A stretch of DNA of 63,203 nucleotides, filler included, from Octopus bimaculoides (lineage: Eukaryota): NCBI RefSeq assembly GCF_001194135.2. It is 7 parts of 6 records of this genome, joined end to end, with 100 filler letters (N's around TTAATTAATTAA, not from the genome) between each part and the next. Parts side by side here need not be neighbours in the genome. Positions count along the whole stretch, not along the records: positions 53,677 to 58,553 come from NC_068986.1; positions 58,654 to 61,609 come from NC_068983.1; positions 61,710 to 63,203 come from NW_026382109.1; 4 more parts are not named here. The stretch is one strand, 5' to 3'. The notes under the pieces were generated by a model. That model saw nothing but the letters and a program-made list of their open reading frames with translations, had not been told where the DNA came from and ran no database searches. Shown in pieces: positions 53,806 through 63,203 of the stretch. The position numbers and the translations under genes were made by a program. How positions within the stretch are numbered: the first letter of the stretch is position 1; each line of letters opens with the position of its first letter.

Positions 53806-54884
53806 TGGGTACAGGACGTCAACAACTGTGTAAACAACATGAAGTACGAAAACAAACTAGTTAAATACGCACACACAGATATGCATACACACGCACACAC
53901 ACAAACACAATATCCCTATTCTCCAGAAAAACACACATACATATTTCTAGAAAAAAGAACACATACACATGCAATTAACAGTCACATTTAGACGCAAATA
54001 CACACCATTTTTTAAAAATTGATGAGTCATACATATAAACCCCAAAATACCAGCAAAAACTACTGAACCATAACAGAACCAGCTCACCAAACAATCCTTT
54101 CTTGGCTCCACAACAGTAGAACAATCGTGAACTACCTTTTGATCATGTAACTGTCATCAACCACCCACACTGTTTTTAAAGAGAAAGCAATTCTAAGCCA
54201 TCTTTTTTTAAAAACAGAACCGTCTTTTGATCACGTGACTGCCATCAACCAACCACATTGGTTTTTTATTTGGGTTTTTTTTAACCACAATCACTATATA
54301 GAATAGTGGCAACTACCAAATTCCATATATATGCGAGACCCTACAGCCAGATCCGAGAACTAGAAATGGTCTGTTATTTCTCTACTCAGCTATTTTTTTC
54401 AATTTAAGATGCTGCAAACAATTATAGTTTCTGATCACAGTGAAACTAAAACTTTAGCACCCACTGATGGACAAACCAGACACGTTTTATCTTCATGTCA
54501 AAGGCTCTATTACTTGATTTGGATATATTTATGTAAACAAATTTTTATCTTCTTATCCTTGTAAAAATTGTTATTATCTGATCTTTTGTCAAAGGCACTA
54601 TCACTTGATTTGAATACATTTATGTAAACTAATTTTTGACACCACAGTGGATATACAAAACCTCATACTTTACTTTTGAAAATCTTTTTAAAGAAATGAA
54701 ACCGATTAAGTTAATAAATACTTTTAAAAGACACCTGTATTTTCAGATTCTTTTCTTTAAATTTTTACTCGTGCAGTAAACCCCAACTTTACTTTATTTT
54801 ATATATATAAATAGATAGATGTTTTATGGGGAATCTGTACACCCCCTTGATTAGCTAAGTGAACTATACTAGTTAGTATAAATG

Positions 54885-56280
54885 AGCATGCGCAGAACAG
54901 TCTGGGAAGAGTGTCATATGCGTACTTAAATCACTTGTGATTCCGTTGCAGATAAGTCTTGTTATATTTTGTTGAATGTTCTTCCTAACGGGTTTGCCTA
55001 TGGTTAAAGTTGTTGAATTTTGTTGAATACTGTTGCTGTTTTGCCTGCGGGCCTGTGTTTTGTTTGTTTTCTTTCCCCCATTTGGAGGTGAAGAGACTCG
55101 AAAAAAATGAATTGTGAACCGGAATGAGCCCATGGTGGGAGCTATACTTCGGCGGCCGGAAGCGGTACCACCGCGACGGATTCGCTGGAGGTGCAGGAAG
55201 TCATAATTGAACCTGAGAAGTTGGAAGAGTACAAGGAACTGATCCAGAAGGAGGGGTCAAGTTTAAGGTTGATCCCCTCCAAAGGAAGTAATCAAATGAG
55301 AAGGAGGACAGTGGTTTACAGAACGCTGTCCAAAACCAGTAAGAAGATTGAGATGGCCGCAGAGGAAGCCATTGAGAAATGTCTGGAAGAAGCAAAAAGT
55401 GTTGCAACATTCTACACTAGAGGAAGAAGATATGGCACAGTAGAAGTGAGGTTTGCCACCGAAGAAAAGGCAATAAATCACTCCACTACTCCACTGAGAC
55501 TGCGGCAAAAGAGTCGCAAGAATTAGGATAGGCAGGGTACCACCTGAAATTGAAGAAGCGTGGCTGGTAGCAGCCGTGATGTACGGAACCCAAGAGGATG
55601 CAAAGATATTACAAGTGGCAAGAACAAAGAAAATGAATTGTTGGGGTTACGGCAGCAAGACCTGAATGAAATAGCAGAAGAAGTGTTGCTGCCTGAAGAC
55701 ATAAAGCTGAGAGTGGTGGTAGAAGGTAAAACGAGTATGAACAAAGTAAGAGTACCGAAATGACAACCCCAGCCCAGGACGAGGGATTTACCGAAGGAAA
55801 CAGTAAATACACCTCCCGAAAAGCCCCCAATAGGAGAGGGAGAATAGTAAAACAGAAGACATTGTACAGCAAACACACAGCACACAAGATACACTCACAC
55901 AGCATACATCACCACCAGTAACACCAACCAAAAAAAAGGAAACTGCCCCAGATAGTCTGAGTTCACCTTGTAGACAAACATACAGGCTTAACACACAGTC
56001 TCTCAAAAGGCCCTGTAAAAACAAAGTGTATATAATGACGTACACAAAAAGCACGACACTTGAACGAAAAATCACCAAATTAAAATCGGTGATTAGAGTG
56101 AAATTGCCGGCTGAGGAATAAAAGGAAAACACTAAATATATACTAATAGACAAGGAAAGATATGCTAAATTAAGGGAATTGTTCGGGTCGGACATTGACC
56201 CATTAGGAGTGGAGATGGAATATAATGCCCTACCTCCAGTCGTGGACTATGACGATTTGAAATCGTATATAAACTATTTT
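54885..56280 (+). mobile_element. L1/Tx1-like LINE: 5' UTR and decayed ORF1 only
   Basis: RRYGTVEVRFATEE (RRM-like), GKRVARIRIGRVPPEIEEAWLVAAV...DLNEIAEEVLLPEDIKLRVVVEG; homologous to the minus-strand ORF1 at 57250-58060. Confidence 0.75.
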
Positions 56281-58155
56281 CTTTATTAACCATAAAGGTT
56301 AAAAAATAGCGTGGACGATACAAGGACAGACAAAGGTCCAGGGACAAATGACATAACAACATAATTATGAAATCGATGATAAATAAGTACAAAATTCGGA
56401 TGAAAAAACAAAAACGAATGAAAAAACAATAATGAAGTGAGGCACGTAGCCGACCTCACAAACCACATTCCAACACTGAAATCCTTTGATAGACTCTTTA
56501 ATTTCTCGCTCAAACAGGTTCATTTAATGTCAAACACTCTTCCTACAGTCATCCATCTTTTCCGAAATATTCCGTGCGACAGGCATCTCCTCTCCATCCT
56601 TATTTTCATTTTCATATGGAAAGGGAAAAGTTCACCAACTCATGGCTGGAGATGAAAATACCTGTCACTATCGCTTTCACTCTCGTCTTCCATACTCATT
56701 CCTTGCCGGTAGCTACTACGCAGAGGAAACAAGCCTGCTCTTCCCTATTCAGGGAAGCCGGCGAAACAATCTTAATTATAGACTCGGTTGAAACTTGTAC
56801 TCTTCTCAGATGGGACAACAGTTGTGCGACATGAACCCAAAGTTCCGATATCTTAGGACATTGCACAATTGCGTGCAAGGACATTTTCATTGTCCTGACC
56901 GCATCTTGGACAAGTTAGCGTGGATGAAGAACCATACCTAAAGAGTTTGTCCCGAACAGGTAAGGCATCTCTATAATAACATTGCTATGCTAGGGACTTT
57001 TGGAAATTGTCCAAAGGCCCTGGCCCGAATGTTCTTCGGTATAGGCTGGCGAGTTGACTGTCATCGAAGACCAGGGTTTACCCCAGGACGTCGTCGCATT
57101 TAATCTCTACTAACCCTCTATAAAAGGACGAGGTGGAACCCCCGCCACCGGCGTTGCCCGCTTGGGAGAGAAGCACGAGTGCCTGACGAAACTCTGCCTG
57201 CCAAGCTCCCAACTACGGCCTACGCTTAATCCATGGATCGATGGTGGAGGGCATCTTATGTGGCATTTTTGGTCACACTTGTAACATCTCGGCCTTCATC
57301 CTCCACCATGACCCCAAGGCTAGTGTCTTTCCCGATTAGAATGGAATCTGGTATCTCTTCTAAATCTTCAGGGGCTGCTTGAATCAACATTTCGAGTCGT
57401 TTCCCCTGCCAGTTTTGTTGCAGGTGTTGTGTGGCCTGGAGGATGGTTATTTTTATCCTCCAAGCCCAGTGTAATAGCTGCCATGAGGCAAGCAGCATCA
57501 ATCTCCGGTGGAATGTCTCCTACCTTTACCTTGGAAGTACGCCTCCCAAGTTATGTCGGTAGGAGCACTAGTTCAACCGATTTGAGTGGGGTGGTTGAAT
57601 GCTGTCTGACTAATTCCTCTGATGGAAATCTCACCTCATCAGAGGCGAATTTTTTGCCTCGAGTGATGTATGTTATATCCTTGCAGATGGGATGTAAGCA
57701 CTTTTTATAGCTTCCTTTGAGGCAATCTCAATTTTCTTGTTCCTTATGATATATGTCTTGAAGAACTCGGTCCCCCTCTAGGTGGTAAGTGTTACTTCGC
57801 TAAGCGGGTTTATTCTAACGTCGTACCCCTATCTTCGAAATAGTCCCCTGTATTTGTCTAGTTCTCTTTTTTCCATGGATACGTTTCTTTTATTAACGCA
57901 GGGGGCTGCAGCAAAATTGGTACTTTTTTTAATAATATTTAGTTCGGTGTTGACTTCAGGTTCTCTTATTTTTCTTTCAATTGCCTCAGCAATCATTTCG
58001 TCTTCGTCCGACGAGGAAACAGAAGTATCAGATAAATTAAAAAGCAACTGCGCCATCTTTATAGGTTTCTCCCTTCGAGAAGGGGAAAACGTTATAAAAC
58101 TGCTACGACACCGCTAAAATTGGTTACAACAACAACAAATAACGCGGGTGAGTCC
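56276..58155 (-). mobile_element. L1/Tx1-like LINE with EN/RT deleted: ORF1 joined to the ORF2 C-terminus, 3' UTR and AATAAA
   Basis: ORF1 GRRTSKVKVGDIPPE...RPRCYKCDQKCHIRCP (zinc knuckle, 57250-57290), followed at once by FYRGLVEIKCDD...LPVRDKLFRYG...CPRCGQ...HAIVQCP (C-terminal Cys-rich domain); aataaa near 56285. Confidence 0.85.
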
Positions 58156-58256
58156 AATATTACGAATTAACAAAATAAAATACCTTCACAGTAGGAAGAA
58201 AAAAAACACGACTTGCAACTCCAGAAACCGTATGTAAACTTTTTTCTTTATTAACC

Positions 58257-58285
58257 ACTAGCAGAGGCACCCGGCGTTGCTCGAG
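58257..58285 (+). mobile_element. Helitron/Helentron-like terminal fragment
   Basis: actagcagaggcacccggcgttgctcgag resembles the ACTAG...CCCGGCGTTGCTCGG ends of invertebrate rolling-circle elements (recalled resemblance). Confidence 0.4.
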
Positions 58286-58289
58286 AATG

Positions 58290-58553
58290 AAATTGTTGCT
58301 TATATACTTGAAGAAAAAAAGGCAAAATATGCTGTATAGAAATTTGAGGACATTCTGTAGATGGAGTCTCAGATGAATGATGGCTGGGCGCCTCTCATGA
58401 ATGAGGAAAATTGAAGATGTGCCAAAAAGCCTCATTGGTACTTGGAAACTTTTACGAAAATTAAAATGGGGATCGTTGCCAGTGCCCCTGGACTGGCTCT
58501 TGTGCGAGTGGCACATAAAATACACCATTTCGAGCGTGGCCGTTGCCAGTACC
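58290..58553 (+). mobile_element. RTE-like LINE 3' end
   Basis: Decayed post-RT segment followed by a 3' UTR motif (tggccgttgccagtacc) shared with 59886-59915. Confidence 0.55.
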
Positions 58554-58653
58554 NNNNNNNNNNNNNNNNNNNNNNNNNNNNNNNNNNNNNNNNNNNNTTA
58601 ATTAATTAANNNNNNNNNNNNNNNNNNNNNNNNNNNNNNNNNNNNNNNNNNNN

Positions 58654-58703
<50 letters not shown>

Positions 58704-58904
58704 GCATATAGATATATATGCATATAGATACATATATAGCATACACATGAGAGGGGATGACCACTAAGTGGACATCCATTATGCTAAACAGGCAATGGCC
58801 TCTTGGAGCTAATCAACGCCAGCATTCGTCCTATTTTTGGGACAGCCATGTTGGCTTGGCGATTACTATTAATACTGCTGCCGTAGTCTCCTTTAGAGAG
58901 ACTT

Positions 58905-59108
58905 ACTCTTTTACTTGTTACAGTCATTTGACTGTGGCCATCCTGGAGCACTGCCTTTAGTCGAGCAAATTGACCCCAGGACCTATTCTTTGGAAGCCTA
59001 GTACTTATTCTATCAATCTCTTTTGCCGAACCGCTAAGTTACGGGGACATAAACACACCAGCATCGGTTGTCAAGTGATGTTGGTGGGGGACAAACACAG
59101 ACACACAA

Positions 59109-59177
<69 letters not shown>

Positions 59178-59348
59178 CATATATATGATGGGCTTCTTCC
59201 AGTTTCCTTCTACCAGATCCACTCACAAGGCTTTGGTCAGCCCGAGGCTATAGTAGAAAATACCTGCCCAATGTGCTATGCGGTGGGACTGAAACTGGAA
59301 CCATGTGATTCGTAAGCAAGCTACTTACCACACAGCCACTCCTGCGCC
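58905..59348 (-). mobile_element. Full-length SINE family B
   Basis: Reverse complement of the 33639 and 36754 copies, ending ccactcctgcgcc. Confidence 0.93.
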
Positions 59349-59664
59349 TCTCTTTTGCTCACTCAGTATACCCTCCCCTTCCCTCAATGATGTCAGTTCA
59401 CTTTACTCACTTGCCATACCCTTCTCTTCTCTCAACATTAGCATTCCAATAAAAATACGTAAATGTAAAATATGACACTGATTTCTGCTGGTATCTGTGT
59501 GTGTGTGTGTGTGCTCACATGCATGCGTGTGACTATATGAGACTGTGTTTAAGTGTTTGCATGTATACATAACTGAATGAGACTGTGTGTTTGTGTGTCT
59601 CTGCATAACTGTGTGATATTAACTGGAAATAACCGAAGTATTATTTCATAAATTGTGAGCAGAT

Positions 59665-60110
59665 GACAGCTCTTGGCCTATGCCAGTGGTGTAACCAGCC
59701 CACTTAGGCATACCTGTTTTTCATTGGACAGTAAACTCTGCTTCTGAAAACCTGTTAAGGTAAGTGAAATCGGCATCAAATTCGATGACAGCCCCGCATG
59801 ACTGGCATCTGCGCCAGTGGAGTGCTAAGAGCATCATCTGAGCATACCGCTGGACTGGCTCCTGTGCAGGTGACATGTAAAAATACCATTTGAGTGTGGC
59901 CGTTGCCAGTACCACCTGACTGGCCCTCGTGCCCGTGGCACATAAAAGCGCCCACTACAGTCTTGGAATGGTTGGCAGTAGGAAGGGCATCCAGCTGTAG
60001 AAACTCTGCTAGATCAGATTGGAGCCTGGTGCAGCCATCTGGCTCACTAGTCCCCAGTCAAAGTGTCCAACCCATGCCAGCATGGAAAGCGGACATTAAA
60101 CAATGATGAT
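59665..60110 (+). mobile_element. RTE-type 3' UTR with internal tandem motifs and (GAT)n tail
   Basis: gttggcagtaggaagggcatccagctgtagaaac...catgccagcatggaaagcggacattaaacaatgatgat. Confidence 0.7.
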
Positions 60111-60312
60111 ATATATATATATATATTATACATTAATGTACATTAGTATGTATATATACATGTGTGTATGTATATATATATATATTTCTATATACACATG
60201 TATATGTATATATATATATATGGGAGAATGTATGAAAAAACAACAACAGACGAGGACAGGTGGTGTAAATAACAAAAGGATGTATTAGTATGACGCTCGG
60301 GAATACAGAAAG

Positions 60313-60349
60313 TCTTTGATGTTTCGAGCTACGCTCTTCAACAGAAAGA
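60313..60349 (-). ncRNA. Minimal type-I hammerhead-like motif (variant core) in a Penelope-like repeat
   Basis: UCUUU-CUGUUGA-A-GAGC(GUA)GCUC-GAAAC-AUC-AAAGA; stems I and II pair; the core has A6-to-U and the 16.2 position is mismatched. Confidence 0.5.
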
Positions 60350-60415
60350 ATACGGAGACAAGGAGAAAAACACGGAGAAAAAAAATTGAATAGTGTTCAG
60401 TCAACGGTCAATCAT

Positions 60416-60487
<72 letters not shown>

Positions 60488-60994
60488 ATATATACACATG
60501 TGTGCTTCCCTTTCTCTCTCACATACACTCACAATCGTGCTTACACAGGAAAAGTTGTTAAGGGTTATCGACAAAAACAAAGCTGATAAATACACACAGG
60601 CATTGCAAATTAAGTTTAATTAACAATAAATATCAGCTTGGATGACACTTTACTCAACCGAGTAAAATATGTAAAATATGGCTTGGACTGTGATTACCAG
60701 CATGTACGTCAGACTTCAAAAAGTAGTTAGCCATTTAATGGTTTTAGTAAATATATACAGAAAAAGCAGGCATTATACCATCTGACATAAATAAAAGTCA
60801 ACTTCATTATATTTAAGCCCATTAAATGTGTCAACTTCCGGCATGAATGTTTACATTTTGTATGTCTTTTTCCAATATAAAAAATTCAAAAAAATTCTGG
60901 AAATGATCTACTCATGTAATTTATGCACCCCCTAAAGTTTATTTTTATTTTTGCAAAAAAAGTGCATATATTACGTAGGTTTTTATGGTATGTA

Positions 60995-61290
60995 TACATT
61001 GGCTTGTGCAGCATACCTTCAAAACCAGAGTGGACAATCACTATTGTAGCTTCAAATCCCAAGCAAGAACTAACAGCACTTCTTTATCTTGGCTAATTCA
61101 ACAACCTTAAACAAAACTCAACTCCACATAGTTCAAAATGGCCCATAGTCACTGATGCTAAACCATATAGCAGCTATAGCAACAGATGTGATCTATGCAT
61201 CACCGAAGTCTTTTCTATTATGCAATGCACCAATTGTTTGAATGAATGAAATAATCAGACTTTTTATTGCCAACATAAATTATGCAACAC
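60995..61290 (+). mobile_element. Penelope-like element, GIY-YIG endonuclease remnant
   Basis: YIGLC..FKTRVDNHYCSFK...TSLS...KWPIVTDAKPYSSYSNRCDLCITE...LNE...CQHK. Confidence 0.85.
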
Positions 61291-61375
61291 ATTCTCAAAG
61301 TACAAATAACTATTCCTCTGCCCCTACTTTGCAGGTCTTCTCTGTATTTATAACTAACAACTTTTTCATAACTTT

Positions 61376-61580
61376 TTTTACTCTTTTTACTTGTTTCAGT
61401 CATTTGACTGTGGCCATGCTGGAGCACCGCCTTTAGTCGAGCAAATCGACCCCAGGACTTATTCTATCGGTCTCTTTTGCTGAACCGCTAAGTTACGGGG
61501 ACGTAAACACACCAGCATCGGTTGTCAAGCAATGTTGGAGGGAGGGGGAAACACACACAGACACACAAACACATACACAC
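61376..61580 (-). mobile_element. SINE family B, 3' half
   Basis: tgtttcagtcatttgactgtggccatgctggagcaccgcctttagtcgagc; short internal deletion at cttattct. Confidence 0.92.
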
Positions 61581-61709
61581 GCTTATATATATATATATTA
61601 CGCTTGCACNNNNNNNNNNNNNNNNNNNNNNNNNNNNNNNNNNNNNNNNNNNNTTAATTAATTAANNNNNNNNNNNNNNNNNNNNNNNNNNNNNNNNNNN
61701 NNNNNNNNN

Positions 61710-63203
61710 TTGATAAAAATTTTTGATGAAATTGTTTGATAGAAATGTTTGATGAAAATGTTGGTTGTTTGATCAAAATGTTTGTTTAAAACGTTTGACG
61801 ATGTTTTATAAAATGTTTCGTGACGATTTTTAGTGCTAATGAAGATGTTTCATGAAGATATTTGAAGACGTTTGAAGGAAAATTTTTGATAAAAATGTTT
61901 GGTATGGGGAAAATATTTTCATCAAACATCCATCAGTTGTCATTATCAAACACGTGTGATGAAGATGTTTGATAAAAATGATTGATGAAAATATTTGATG
62001 AAAATGTATTATGAAAATGCTTGATGGAAATATTTGATGAAAATGTTTGAAGATGTTTGATGAAAACTTTTGATGCTTCAAAGTGTTTTATGAAGATGTT
62101 TGATGGATGTCGGTGTTTCCTGACATCTTAAGATGATGTTTGATGAAAATGTTTGATGACGATGTTTGTTAATGTTTCATGATGAATTTTTAGTGCTAAT
62201 GAAGATGTTTCATTAACATGTTTGAAGACGTTTGATGGAAGATGATTGATGATAATGTTTGATAACAATGCTTGAAACCTTATCAAATGTTTGTAGATGT
62301 ATGATGATGATGTTTGATGAAAATGTTTAACGACGATGTTTGATGAAAATGTTTGACAAAGTACTGTGATACTTCAAAGTGTTTGATGAAGATGTTCTAT
62401 TATCTTATGTCTGATGAAAATGTTTGATGACGATGTTTGATGTTTGATTGATGTCGGTGTTTCATGAAATTTGACGATGTTTGATAAAGATGACGTGTTT
62501 GATAAAGATGAATGATGGATGCTGATGAAAACATTTTCCCCAAACCAAACATTTTCATCAATCATTATCATCAAACATCTTCCTTCAAACGTCTTGAAAC
62601 ATCTTCATTAGCATAAAGAATTCATTCGTCATGAAACAGTTTTAATAAACATCGTCATCAAACATTTTTATCAAACATCCTCAAATATTTTCATCAACGA
62701 TCAACGTTAAATGTCCTGAAACACCGACATCCATCCAACATCTTCATCAAACACTTTGAAGCATCAAATGCTGAAACACCGACATCCATCAAACATCTTC
62801 ATCAAACACTTTGAAACATCAAATGATTTTGCCAAACATCAAACATTTTCATCAAATATTTTCATCAAACATTTTTATCAATCATATTCATCAAACGTTT
62901 TTGATAAAGATGATTGATGGATGTTTGATGAAAACATTTTTAACAAACATTTTCATCAAATATCATCGTCAAATGTCATGAAACCCTGAACACTTTAAAG
63001 CATCAAATGCCAAACATCATCAAACATCTTCATCAAACGTGTTTGATAAAGTAGATTGTTAGATGTTTGATGAAAATATTTTCCCCAAACCAAACATTTT
63101 CATCAAACATTATCATCAAACATCTTCATCTTCAAATGTCATGAAACACCGAAATCCATCAAACATCTTCATCAAACACTTTGAAGCATCAAATGTTTTC
63201 ATC
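61710..63203. repeat. Satellite of about 13-bp atgtttgatgaaa units with higher-order blocks in alternating orientation
   Basis: Forward (tttgatg) and reverse (catcaaa) blocks; shared longer motifs gatgtcggtgtttc / gaaacaccgacatc and tagtgctaatgaagatg / catcttcattagca. Confidence 0.9.

Overview
Repeat-dense eukaryotic draft genome with about 5 kb of N gaps. From my recall of the SINE families it is most likely a coleoid cephalopod (Octopus-like); this is inference, not a database result. Almost every ORF in the supplied track is a microsatellite or gap artefact. The window is dominated by tri-, di- and tetranucleotide microsatellites, three tRNA-derived SINE families (labelled A, B and C here), decayed LINEs (RTE, R4/Dong, I/Jockey, L1/Tx1-like), Penelope-like fragments and Tc1/mariner remnants. 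No intact transposase, RT, rRNA, tRNA gene or CRISPR array is supported. The best host-gene signal is on the minus strand: three phase-1-compatible exons (15194-15081, 11612 into a gap, 8829-8804 plus AATAAA) that read as the C-terminus of a death-fold-like protein, with a possible paralogous exon at 35968. Other notable structures: a 436-bp spacerless palindrome of two back-to-back tRNA-like units (20746-21181); an L1/Tx1-like element lacking EN/RT that abuts an oppositely oriented relative (54885-58155); a minimal hammerhead-like motif (60313-60349); and a foldback satellite at the right end. Six 100-bp N44-TTAATTAATTAA-N44 spacers are artificial joins.
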